Assembly (NCBI RefSeq): GCF_037042905.1
Contig: NC_087246.1
Span: 17,360,001-17,424,000, forward strand
Reading direction: 5' to 3'
From: Lytechinus pictus
Taxonomy: Eukaryota
DNA length: 64,000 nucleotides
The notes beneath the pieces are model-generated. The model had not been told where the DNA came from, searched no databases, and was given only the letters and a program-made list of their open reading frames with translations. A program made the position numbers and the translations under genes. The stretch's first letter is position 1. Every line of letters begins with the position of its first letter. Positions 1 through 13,000 of this stretch are shown piece after piece.

Positions 1-732
1 AATTTGACTTTGGGATCTTGCCTTCCATTTGGTATTTATGATTTTTATTAATTTTGTGTGAACTGTTAATGTGAGAAAATTTTGATTGAAAATCAAACTT
101 TTTCATAATTTTTAAAATGTGCGCAAATTATTTTTATTATTATTATTATTATTTATTTCGGCAGTGAAAAGTATAGAAATTGGTACAGTGAAGTACAATA
201 CATAATAAACATAACAGAGTATAGATTGAGCACCCACTGGACTGCCAGGGTCAAATAAAGTTAACTGAATTACTGTAGTCAATGAAGACCATTTGACCCT
301 ATCCAGTGGGTGCTTACATAAAACAGAAGCGGATAAAAGAGTGAGTATGAACAAAAAGGTTTAAGGTCAATTATAATAGAATAACATAGGTCTACTTGAT
401 ATCACTTCATCTTAACTTAAAATATCAATATCAATGAATTTAAATTTAAAAATAAAATAGTCGCTACGAAGATATAAAAACAACAAGGATAACTGCCACA
501 AACACCCCATCATACTTGTTTTCAAATTTAAGCGGAGGTAAATATGAAACTATTAACCTAATGGCTACTGCAGAAGGGGGGAATGAAGTCTACTTAGAAC
601 ATTTCGAGAGAAAGAGAGAGCTAACTAAGATTGGAGCTAACCTTATTATAGAGGGAGAAAAACAAAAGATGACAATAAAATGACCGAGTGGGACTGCTGT
701 GAAATTTTCATGTCAAGTTGTTGAGTTATCAT

Positions 733-900
733 GCTTACCATCGTGGTTGACCCAAGGAGGTTTCAGCAATTTCATCTCTTCTGGTGAGTTACTTTATCCA
801 ATAACTTTAACACTACAATCTCCTTGAGTTCTGCGAATTTTCATCTCAATTCAAACATTATTTTCAGCGTTCTTTCTTCTCAATCTCAGACGAGCTGTCA
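733..900 (-). other. Probable first exon of a divergent gene (ends ATG|gtaagc)
   Basis: Minus strand reads ...CAACCACGATG|GTAAGC (ATG at 741-739), about 280 bp from the MED31 ATG across a CpG-richer segment. No downstream exon is recognised in the window. Confidence 0.3.
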
Positions 901-1016
901 AACTCAGTCAAAGTGTGTGCGAATTTGGCTGGACTGTACCATACGTTAACGTTGGGGGCCTATTAAAAAAACTTCCTTCTTTGACTTTGTCGAGCTCCGA
1001 CAACGAATGTTAAAAA

Positions 1017-4000
1017 ATGGCAGGAAATTCGCAGCATCAAAGTCAAGGTATGTAGACCTATAGACTATCTAAATCCTGAGATAAAAAACAGTTGATTATT
1101 TGGTAAATATTTGAAGCGTGGATTTGTATTTTAATTCTGTGATAGAAAATTACCGCGGGTTGGAATGGAACATCAAATTCAGACTTCACTTCAGTCCCGC
1201 TTATGCAACTTGGTGTCTTCAATTCATGGACATGGTCCTTATATTCATTTATAAAATCAGGGTGACCAGACGTCCCGTATTTCCCACTCTAGGCGACACC
1301 CCAATACTTACCCGTGCAAATAAACTGGGACTCCACTCACGCGCATTTGGGCCGCCCTAGCTTAGAACTAAGCTTTGTTTTACTAAAAAATAAATCTTGT
1401 AATGATTCAATAAATGTTACTTAATAAATTAGTACTGTTAAATCGGTACTCACCGGTTCTTTTCTTGAATTTTCTGGCAATTTCCCACGCTTCTGGCTTC
1501 AATTCTGCGGCTGTTCCTGTCGCGGTAGACAACTACATATGCAACTTTATTTATAAATAGAGCGCCCCTTACGATAGTTGTTAAGAACGCGGCCAAATTG
1601 TTAGGTTTTTTGCACTGTGTCCAAGGCGTTTTTATTTTGTTTGATTTTTTATTTTTAATAAATATTTTGTTAAATAGCGATTTTTACGTCAAATATTAAA
1701 TTCATATCACAAAATATTTTTAATTGTAGAAATATATATAATATCATGCAATTATTCATTCTATATATATTTTATAATAAAATTTATAATTGTTGCGGTC
1801 TTTAAAAAAGGATAGTCGATTGATCAGGTGATGACCACACGTATCACGTGATCTGAAAATCAGCTTCATACCGCTTTGATCGCACTCGACGGTGACCGGA
1901 CTGACTGCCAAAAAAAGATCTAAAAATGACTCAAATGTAAGTTTCCCTTTATTTTATTAAATTCAAATTAGGAATAGGAATATATTTAATGGGCAATCTT
2001 TTAATAAATGATAAACAAACGAGGACAAAACTCATATTTTGGGAGTAATATCATACTTGGGTGCAGGAAACAGTACGTTTAGAAGTTCTAACCTGTTTTT
2101 AACGCATTGTCGCCTATGAGGTCCATACATGTTAATGTTTGGACCTCATTGGTACTAGGAGTGGTATTTCCCGGGATCGTCCCGTATTTTGCTCCTATGT
2201 CCCGGCGTCCCGACAAACCCTTCCCGGGACGCCTATTTGTCCTGTATTTCAGAATATTGAACTAATGCGGGGGGCCGATAACATAAATAACCATACTCCA
2301 TAGTATACACTCATTATAACTTACACACACTTCACACCGGGAGGAAATCCTACCTTTATCGTGTAATCTTGATCAAGCACGGCTCTCAGTACGTCTGCTA
2401 CGACTGGGGGTTTTGGTATGGATTCTTGTTCTTGTGACTGTGATTGCGTGTGTGGACCGGTACTGTATTGTGCTGCATTGGTGATGGGTGCAAATGTTCC
2501 CGCCGCTGCCGATGATCGTGTGACGTTGTCTTTTGTCTGCTTAACTACTATTAATCCCCTAACAGTATACTTCCCCCCACCCTAAAAAAAATTGGCATGA
2601 TTGGGGGCCTATTTCTTATACAACTTGACATAACTTAACATAAGGTATAACTCAACCTAACATAAGATAACCCTAAACATAAAATATTCATCAATGTAAT
2701 TCATTTGTTTTTCCTCTTTTTTTCTTGATCATATCTTTTTCTTTCCTTTCTTTTTTTTCTTATTCTTTGATCTCTTTTTCTCTTTCTGTTCTTGTTTCGT
2801 TTTCTGTTTCTTTTCTCCTTGATTCTGTTTTCGTCTGTGATTTTTTTTTCTTTTTCTTTTCTTCTTCTGACTTCTGTAATCTTTTTATTTTCTCTTGTGA
2901 TCTTTTTCTTTTCTTTCTCTGTGATCTTTTTTTGTGATCTTTTTCTTTTCTTATTTGTTCATGAACATAAATATAACACAAATATATACATCAATATATA
3001 CATCATTACCAAATACATCATTACCAAATCATACAAAATATTCTTACCCTGTCTCTGCCTTGATAAAAATTAAATAAGCTCACTACGCTTATCTATGTAC
3101 CTTAGTAAAAGAAACAAATATATTTTTATCAATATATAAACAATTATCATTGAGAAATACAGATTATTCCTTCTCATATGATAAACTGTAGAGTTCAATT
3201 TGCAATGAGTAACTATGTATTTCATTTTGTATAGAATATATTATATTTCATTCTTCCAATGCGGTATATACAAATTCAATACAAATATTTATCATTCAAT
3301 AAATATATATTATTTCTGCTCATACTTTTGTGTTCAAATTGCAAAGAATAACCATGTGAACAAAAAAGTGTATACCATATTCCATTCCCTCAATGTGCTA
3401 TATACAAATTCAATACACAACCATCATTTGAGAAATATAGATTATTCCTACGCATATGATAAACTCTATAGAGTTCAAATTGCAATGAGTAAACTATGTA
3501 TTTTATTGTTGTATAGAATATATTATATTTCATTCTTCCAATGCCGTATATACAAATTCAATACACAAACATTTGTCAATTGATAAATATAGAGAAATGC
3601 TGCTCATACAATTTACTCTATTGAAATTGCAAAAAGTAGATAAGACCCCAAGAATATGAACAACTATCATGTCATGGTTGCATTGCAATAGTGTATCATG
3701 AGAAGAGACCAGAGGCTCTCTGGAATCGGACACTTCCTCTACTTTATTCATTGTAGATGAGAAGGAAAAAAATAATTATACTCTAGTTAACTTCAATCAA
3801 AGGATTTTTTTTACAAAGATTCAATGAACAGTAGTAGTAGTAGACAAGTAGATAAGCTAAGAATGTTATGGCATGCATAGTTAAATACACATATTTATAT
3901 TATTCCAAATTATTATTAATTTGTAATATATGAAATAGATAGTTTAAGGATCTGAATTCAAATTAGCATTGACCTTGTTAAGTGATCTACGAGCTTCCTC

Positions 4001-7000
4001 TTCCTTGTATTGTGCAGTTCGTATTTCTAGCTGAAGGATTTCAACTCTTAATTCATGCTCACGTTTGAGCCATGCATGCTCTTCTCTTGCCAATTCAATC
4101 ATTACTTCTTGTGCTGGACTGAGACTTTTTTTCTTTGTGTTTGGTTCCAGCTGTTCTAGATAGTGCAAGCTTCTCTTGGCAGATGGTCTGGTTTCTGTAT
4201 TCCTTGAGGGGTTTGTTGGTTGCAGAGTAGATCCAGGTCCAGTAGGCTTGGTAATTTTTCTTGGAAGAATAGGTGGAATTGAAGTCTCTCTTGTTCCAGA
4301 GGTTGACGGTGTTAAGTCAGTTAGGGAAGATGGGACATTCTGTTGCTGGTTGCTTGTCCCAGAGGTTGATGGTTGATGGTTGACGGTTAAGTCTTGGGAA
4401 GCCAAATTCGTAGATTGGACGGTCTGTTGGTGGTAGCTTGCTCCAGAGGTTGATGGTTGATGGTTGACGATTAAGTCTAGGGATGCAAAATTTGCAGATT
4501 GGACATTCTTTTGCTGGTAGCTCAATTCACCATCCTCTAGATCTGTGGAGCAATCAACTTCCAGGGGCATGACGGGAGTACATGATCGTTGTTGGGGTGT
4601 GCAGGACTTTTATCCTGTAATCTTGATCAAGCACGGCTCTCAGTACGTCTGCTACGACTGGGGGTTTTGGTATGGAGTCTTGTTCTTGTGACTGTGATTG
4701 CGTGTGTAGTGTGTGGACCGGTACTGTATTGTGCTGCATTGGTGATGGGTGCAAATGTTCCCGCCGGTGCCGATGATCGTGTGACGTTGTCTATTGTCTG
4801 CTTAACTACTATTAATCCCCTAACACTATAGAACAAAATAATATAGTTAAATACATTTAAAAGTGACAAATTTTCATCAAATAATCAACAGATGACGAAG
4901 CAGCGACAACAATAAAATCGATAAACTTTTGCAAGTTCTTCTGTGATTTTCTTGCTAACGTAACCCAATACATTGCAAACGAACTGGCCTCCTGCTTGTG
5001 TGGTTACTAGCTAGGCATGTAGGATAAGAGCAGGTTCTCAATGGTGCGAACAATCTCACATGATTCAATTTTTCAATTCAATTCAATTCATTTATTTTCT
5101 CTTTCAATCTTTTTACATTTACAATGATAGTTCAATATACATATTTACAAAATATAACATTTAAATCATTTTTTTATAATACAATAATACCATGAAATCG
5201 AAAGGGAAGGAGACCAACTAAAAAGCAGAGCTTGTAGGGTGAAGGCCCCCTTTTATAAGTAAATTTTATGAATTAAAAATAAGATAAAATAAAGAAATAA
5301 ACAATATATATATATATAATGAATAAAAAAAATAAAAATAAAATTAAATAATAATAAAAATAAATGATTCAGTATACACTGTATACAGAGATCATAAAAC
5401 GATTAAACATATATACAAAGAGAAATTAATAAACACATTTACATATTAAGTTCTGAATTACATTACTTTGGGAAAAAACGATAATCTAATATGAATTCAG
5501 AAGATATTTTTTAAGTTTTCCTTTGAAATTGTGTATTGAATTACATTGTATAATATCCTTTGAAAAAGAATTCCATAATTTTGGACCAGTAAAAACAAAT
5601 GTCTTCTGTGCAAACGATGTTCTATTCAGAGGTAAATGAAAGGAACTCGCCTGGCGAGTGAAGTGTTTATGAATTGTATCATTTTTTATAAACATATTAT
5701 TAAAAGGTAACGGTAATTGTTTATTGATAAACTTGAACATTAACTGTCCGAGTTGAAAAGAATATAAATCTTTAATCTTCAAGACTTTATTTCTCAAAAA
5801 CAGAATATTTGTATGTGCCCTGAATTCTGCATGACTAATAATACGAATCACTCTTTTTTGTAAAATAAAAAGTCTATTAATTTGATAATTCGCTGCATTA
5901 CCCCACGCAACAACTCCGTAATTCAAGTAAGGTAAAATTAACGTTGAATACAATGATAACAAAATATAATGGGGTAAGAAGTAACTTAATTTTCTAATGA
6001 CACCGATGTTGCGTGCAATGATTTTACAAATATTATCAATATGTGCTTTCCAAGAAAGTTTGTCGTCAATGATCAGTCCCAAAAATTTAGTAGATCGCAC
6101 TCTTTGAATGACAATATCATTTAAAATTACATCTTTTGGTACACTCGTAATCTTGTTGCTAAATAGCATGTAGCTAGTTTTTGTCTCACCTGCATAGCAG
6201 AGTGAGACTATAGGCGCCGCTTTTCCGACGGCGGCGGCGACGGCGGCGGCGACGGCGACGGCGGCGGCGACGGCGGCGGCGGCGTCAACACCAAATCTTA
6301 ACCTGAGGTTAAGTTTTTGAAATGACAGCATAACTTAGAAAGTATATGTACCTAGTTCATGAAACTTGGCCATAAGGTTAATCAAGTATTACTGAACATC
6401 CTGCCTGAGTTTCATGTCACATGACCAAGGTCAAAGGTCATTTAGGGTCAATGAACTTAGACCATGTTGGGGGAATCAACATCAAAATCTTAACCTAAGG
6501 TTAAGTTTTTGAAATGTCATCATAACTTAGAAAATATATGGACCTAGTTCATGAAACTTATACATAAGGTTAATCAAGTATCACTGAACATCCTGCATGA
6601 GTTTCACGTCACATGACCAAGGTCAAAGGTCATTTAGGGTCAATGAACTTTGGCCAAATTGGGGGTATCTGTTGAATTACCATCATAACTTTGAAAGTTT
6701 ATGGATCTGATTCATGAAACTTGGACATAATAGTAATCAAGTATTACTGAACATTCTGTGCAAGTTTCAGGTCACATGATCAAGGTCAAAGGTCATTTAG
6801 GGTCAATGAACTTTGGCCAAATTGGGGTATTTGTTGAATTACAGCCATAAATTTGAAAGTGTGTTGGTCTAGTTCATAAAACTTGGACATAATAGTAATC
6901 AAGTATCACTGAACATCCTGTGCGAGTTTCAGGTCACATGATCAAGGTCAAAGGTCATGTAAGGTCAAAGAACTTTGGCCACGTTGGGGGTATTTGTTGA

Positions 7001-10000
7001 ATTGCCATCATATCTCTATAAGTGTATTGGTCTAGTTCATAAAACGTGGAAATACGAGTAACCAAGTATCACTGAACATCTTGCGCGAGTTATAGTAGTT
7101 TTCAAAATCAGCACTGCTGCTATATTGAATCGCGTGATGCAGGTGAGACGGCCAGAGGCATTCCACTTGTTTCTAGGTTAAGAGAGAGTTTGTTAGCTGT
7201 TATCCAATTAGACACATTTTTTAGTTCGTCATTGAATATTTGCGTCAATTGCTCTGGGTCGGGGTGCGACAGAAATATATTAGAGTCATCAGCGAAAAGT
7301 ATAAATTGGAGCAATCTAGATGACATATCAATATCATTTATATAAGTAATGAACAAAAGTGGGCCAAGAATGCTGCCCTGTGGAACTCCACAAAGGACAG
7401 GTTTACGTTCAGAAATATTACAATCAAGTGAAACGAACTGTGAACGCCCGGTTAGATAATTCTTGAACCACTTTAGTGGTTCCCCTCTTATTCCATAATG
7501 AGAAAGTTTATAAAGGAGAATGTTATGATCAACTGTATCGAATGCTTTTGAAAAATCTAAAAACAAACCAATCGTATTCGAAGACTTGTCATAAGCTTTG
7601 GCAACTGTTTGAACCAAAGAAAGTATTGCGTGGGAAGTGCTACTCTTTTCCCGGAAACCAAATTGAGTATCGGATAGGATGTTGTGCTTTTTAAAAAAAC
7701 ATATGGTTCGTATGTGAACCAATTTTTCAAGAATTTTAGATAAGTTTGTAAGCAATGAAATCGGTCTGTAATTACTTGCTAAAGAACTATCACCTTTTTT
7801 GAAGACTGGTATTATCTTAGAAATTTTCATTGATTTTGGAATATTTCCCGATGATAATGACAAATTGAATATATAAATAAGAGGGTCAATTATATAATTC
7901 ATAGTTTTTAGTAAAAGGTTGTTATCAATGTTATCAAATCCTGCACTTTTATTTGATTTTAGGCTAGATATAATTTTAATTATCTCCTGTGCGTTCGTAG
8001 GAGAGAAAAACATAGAACTTTGATTTCTATCCCCCAGATATTGATGAAATGAATGGGAGTTTGTTGGTATACTTCTAGAGAGCTTAAATCCAACTTGTGA
8101 AAAGTAATTGTTGAAAATATTTGCCATCTGAACTTTATCTTCAATAATAGAATCATTATGCATAAGCTTAGTTATCTTTGAAAACTTTGGTCCATTATTG
8201 ATGGTAGAATTGATCAATTTCCATGTTTTTTTAAGATCATTCTTGCATTGATTAAATTGATCATGGTAATATGCCTTTTTAGCAGTACGGATGACCCCTG
8301 TAAGTGTATTCTTATAATTAGTATATTGGCTCCGAGTATTCTCAGTTAATCTTGATATATATTTATAGTATAATCGATTTTTTCTATTTATCGAACGAAG
8401 AATTGAATTTGTTATCCAAGGTAGTCTGGGTGATCTTTTATAATTTTTGGACTTGGGCTTTGCAAAAGGAATATTTTCATTAACATGACTCATGAAGATA
8501 TCAATAAATGTTTCGTAGGACTTGTCAACACATTCTGTACTAAATACATCATCCCAAGATTCTTCTTCTAAACTCTGTTTCAAACGAGATATATTTATAT
8601 CACTATACACACGCCTCTTAGATACGTAATCGGGAAGTTTGTTTGGCTGATATTGATTAGAACAATACATGAAAATTGGGAAATGATCAGACATGTCTGA
8701 AATAATTATACCAGCTTTAAATTCTGAACGTATATTGGAGAAAAAATTGTCAATCAGAGTTGCGGAAGTATTAGTGATTCTAGTGGGTCGAGAAATAAGT
8801 GGCAAAAAGGAGGCAGAAAGGAATGTCTCTAAAAAGTCATTTGCAAAAATATTAGTATCACTCGCTAACAGGTCATAGTTAAAGTCTCCCATTATGATAC
8901 ATCTTTTGTTTTGAACAGAATGATAATGTAGTAAATTATTTAAAGTGTCTAGAAAATCAGCACTATTGCTGCGAGGAGGCTTATAAACAACTCCCAATAC
9001 AGTTTTTCTGTTATCACGATCACTAATTTCAATAAATAAAGTTTCTGCAGTTTCATTCATTAAATTCATGTCTTCAATAATAACATACTCAAATTGACTC
9101 GGCACAAAAATTGCAACACCACCACCAATTTTATCAACACGATTATTTGTAAGTATATCATAACCTGGGAGTGCATTCATATTAATATATTTATCTGACA
9201 GCCATGTCTCAGTTAAACCTATTACTGTATTTTGGGGAACACCTGAGTTATCTAAAAATAAACGAAATTGTTCAAAATTCTTGTTAAGGCTTCTGATATT
9301 TAGATGCAAAATAGACAAGCAGGAAGAAGGTAAACCTTTGAAAATGTTTTTGGCTGAAGCCTGAGTGTAGTAGTTTGAGGATATGACACTCGAAGCCCCA
9401 TCATTTGGATCTAAATCAATTTTAAGTTCATCATTGTTAGCTCCAATATCATTAATAACATCATTGGAATCATTGGAAATGTTCGTAATCATATCAAAGT
9501 CAATCATTATTTACATAAAACACCAGTATAATATAAACATATATGCGTAAGAGAGTTTTACTTAATTTTGTTCAGATCCTCTTCTCGATGAATTGCAACC
9601 GGTGGAACATTCGGGCTCTTCCTCACCAGAATGGTGCCATTCACTGTCCATAAGAACATGTATCCCGCCTTCTTTCTCTCGTCATTTGCCTTCTTCAGGA
9701 GAGACTTCTTAGCTGGGGCTAGATTTTCGTTGAGAAACACCTTTCCTTCATCTCTTGAGAATCCCAGTTGACGGGTTGATGTTTCCCTCAGTTTTTTCCG
9801 GCCTGAGTATAGAGTATCCCTCATCCTTCTGGTCGTGAATCTAACGATGATTGGTCTGGCTGGACCACCTTCTCTTCTCTGACCAAGTCGATGTGTCACA
9901 TCAATGTCGTCGTTGGATACCTCTGGTGAAATTTTCTTCATGACGTGAAGGACAGCCTCCCTCACATTCTCACCTTCCTTCTCAGGAACACCTGCCACTT

Positions 10001-13000
10001 CTAAGTTGATCCTTCTGTGATATTGATCCAAATCATTCACTTGGTGTTCAAGTGTCGTCATCTTTGCTTTCAGATCCTCATTTTCTTTCTTCATAGAAGC
10101 ATTCTCACTACTCAGCCTTTTCACCTCGCAGGTGAGCTCATCCACTTTATCGCTGAAGAACTCAGCAGATTTTCGAAGTTCATCTTGACCAGATTTAATT
10201 TCATTGAGTTGTGATGTTAGTGTTTTGTTTAGTTTTTGAAGTTCAGACTTGATTTCAATGAAATCTTCGAACGTTATGGACTGATTTTTCTTAGGTCCTG
10301 GCATACTCTGTTTATCGATGACGTCACACTGACCCGACCTGATTTGGATGAGATGGATGGAGATGGATGTTGCGCTTCAAAGATGCCTTTTAGCGTAAAG
10401 TCATATGCGTCTTAGTGATGCGCGTTAGTATCTCGCGCGTGATGTTGATTTTCAAACAAGATTGAATATTAAAATTGACGAAAATTAATGTTCTTACCGA
10501 CGATAACGTCGCAGTTTTCAAAAGTCAAACAATAAAAATCACATCACTGGCTTTGGTGTCCAATTAGCTTTCACACAATGTAAAATGAAGCAGTCATTTC
10601 AAAGTATTTCCAAGTATTTGTTGACAATATTCAGAGCAAAGCAAAAACACGTCTTCTCCCTCCAAATTATTTATCACCTGATAAACAGTTTCTCCACCAA
10701 AATAATTACAAATTTAGCGGGAAATTTTGAGAATCGGGAGGAACAACAAATAACTAGATCTAGTTGTTTCAGCTTTCATTTTGAGTCTTGTTGTGATCGG
10801 TGCGAACTTGTAATGAGATGGGAGATGCCTGTGTATGATGCCACCGTTATTTCATCTAATTTTTAAGTTTGACAATGTTTCACTTTTAAATCTTATTCAT
10901 TTCTAAAACATTTTATTTCTTAAAAATTGTAAGAATGTATTAAAAAACACCAAATATGATTTTTGTTAGATGATTGGATTTTTGTTGCTTGAAGTTTGAA
11001 TTTTTTCCTCTTTCTTTCTTTTTTATCCTTCTTTCTTCTATCCTTCCTGCTTGCCCTTTTTTATTCTAATTTCTATCTTTATTTACTATTTTTCTTTCCA
11101 GGCTGATCCTTTCTCTCTCTTAATTTTTTCTTTCCTTCTTTCTCTTACTTTCCTTCTTGTTCCTTTTTAAATTTCCTTCATTCTTTCTTTCCTTATTTTT
11201 TTGCTTCCTTTTCTCCCTTCCTCTCCTTTTTCTTTTCGTTCTTTCTCTCCTTCCATTATTTTCTTTTTTTTTCATTCTAGCTCTCCTCCTTTCATTCCGA
11301 CATTTATACAATATTTATTATATTTTAAAACATTAAAAAAAAAAAAAAATTATAATGAGAAGATGAGATCAAACTTACCGATGTTTACGTGGCCATCTTG
11401 TCCTCTTTGTTGGTAGCTAAGCTACGAGACGCATATAAAGGGCGGCAGATGTCTGCAAACAATTCACACACACATACAAAAGTGCATAATATATATGCGT
11501 GAGAGTTACTCCATTTTTATTGAGTCACTGTACTTGCATTACAATACTGTACAAGTGTACATTAGATAGTTTAATGTATTTGTAGAACAAGGAGAAAAAA
11601 GACAAAGGAGGACTGTCAAGTGTCAACATAAAAGAGTATATTGCTATAATAACGTCAAAAGAAAGTAAATTTTTTTATATATTTTGAGATTTTTTTAGCT
11701 GTAACGCCAAATGAAAATCAATTTTAAGTATCATAAAAGTAGATGTACATTAAGTGTATTTTCTAATCAGCTTCATCTTTATTCTTATTTTGTATATTTG
11801 TCTTATAAAGGAATGGAACCTCCACAAGACCAAGAGCAGATCCGATTTGAAGTGGAATTGGAGTTTGTTCAGTGCCTAGCCAACCCTCACTATCTTAACT
11901 GTAAGTATGAATAGTAGATACCTCTACTCTCTTAATGCAGTTCCTGAAATGTTCTTCAAATTCAGAATACTGGCTTACACTTAAAAAATCCTTACAATCT
12001 CTTCATATTTTATTGAACCATGTTGTTTTGGGACGGTACAAAACAAAAAAAATCCTTTTGATATTGTGTTAATAGTATATGCAATGAAAGAGATAGGAAT
12101 TCTCACAATTGTTCATAGAATACTTGTTATAAATCTTTATACGTTGTGGTACATCCCTTATCTTCAATTATTATTCTGATATTTTTCTTTCATTTTACAG
12201 TTCTTGCCCAGAGAGGTTACTTCAAAGATAAAAAGTTTGTTAACTATCTTCAGTATCTTCAATATTGGAAGGAGCCTAAGTATGCCAAATATCTCAAGTA
12301 AGAATCAGAGTTTGATTGTAATCCATTTAAGACTTATTCAAATCAACTTTCTTTGTTTTCTTTTTTTTTTAACCCATAGAAGTATGCTTATACCATTACT
12401 CATTGAATATGATTTGGAAAATCTACTGTAGAATTGATACTTTTTCCAGCACAATATATGGTGCTATTCCTTCAAGAGAATGAAACCCTTGAAACCAGTT
12501 GAATTCATAGAAAAGAGAAAACTCTAAGAAATAGAAACAGAAAGCTTGAGGAAGTTTGAATGAATGATAAGAAAGTTATGAGCATTTGAATATTGAGATC
12601 ACTAATGCTATGTAATGTCACACACATACAGTTTCCCCATGACTTTAATACATATCTACATGTAGTCTATCACAAGATTAGGTGTTCTTTTTATGAGAGG
12701 ATACGTAATAGAGGTTTTCACAACATAAAATCCTAAATGTGTTGTTTGTCATATTATTAGAATGATAAAAAAGTGATCCTTGAGTATATTTCAGAGTTCT
12801 TTCTTTATGATTAATGATGAAGGAAACCTTTAGTAATTATTCCCAGACAGGTCTGAATGGCCTGAGTGTGAAATAAGCTGACAAATTGAATCTGTTTAAG
12901 AGAGATTTGTGTCATGATTGGCTATACATATTTGAAATATTACTTTATACCAGAGATCAAATTAGAACTGAATTCAGTATACAGACATTAGCTTAGTAAC

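Larger units (their letters stand above)
5063..10800 (-). mobile_element. Near full-length CR1/L2 (Crack-like) non-LTR retrotransposon, antisense in MED31 intron 1
   Basis: ORF1 plus ORF2. 3'UTR has stem-loop motif CTACAAGCTCTGCTTTTTAG (5217-5238, minus), AATAAA and a (TTGAA)n tail at ~5063-5095. The 5' boundary is approximate and no TSD was identified. Confidence 0.9.

Noticed and set aside
1926-1942. ATGACTCAAAT|gtaagt as MED31 coding exon 1
   Set aside because: Phase 2 does not fit the phase-1 acceptor at 11811, and it lies inside a TSD-flanked transposon.
5486-6331. 281-aa ORF with poly-Ala/Val N-terminus as an independent gene
   Set aside because: The N-terminus is the HINE microsatellite read backwards, fused by chance to the LINE ORF2 C-terminus.
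5043-10807. GGTGCGAAC at both LINE flanks as a TSD
   Set aside because: The left copy is ~12 bp away from the tail and the 5' end is undefined, so it cannot be supported.
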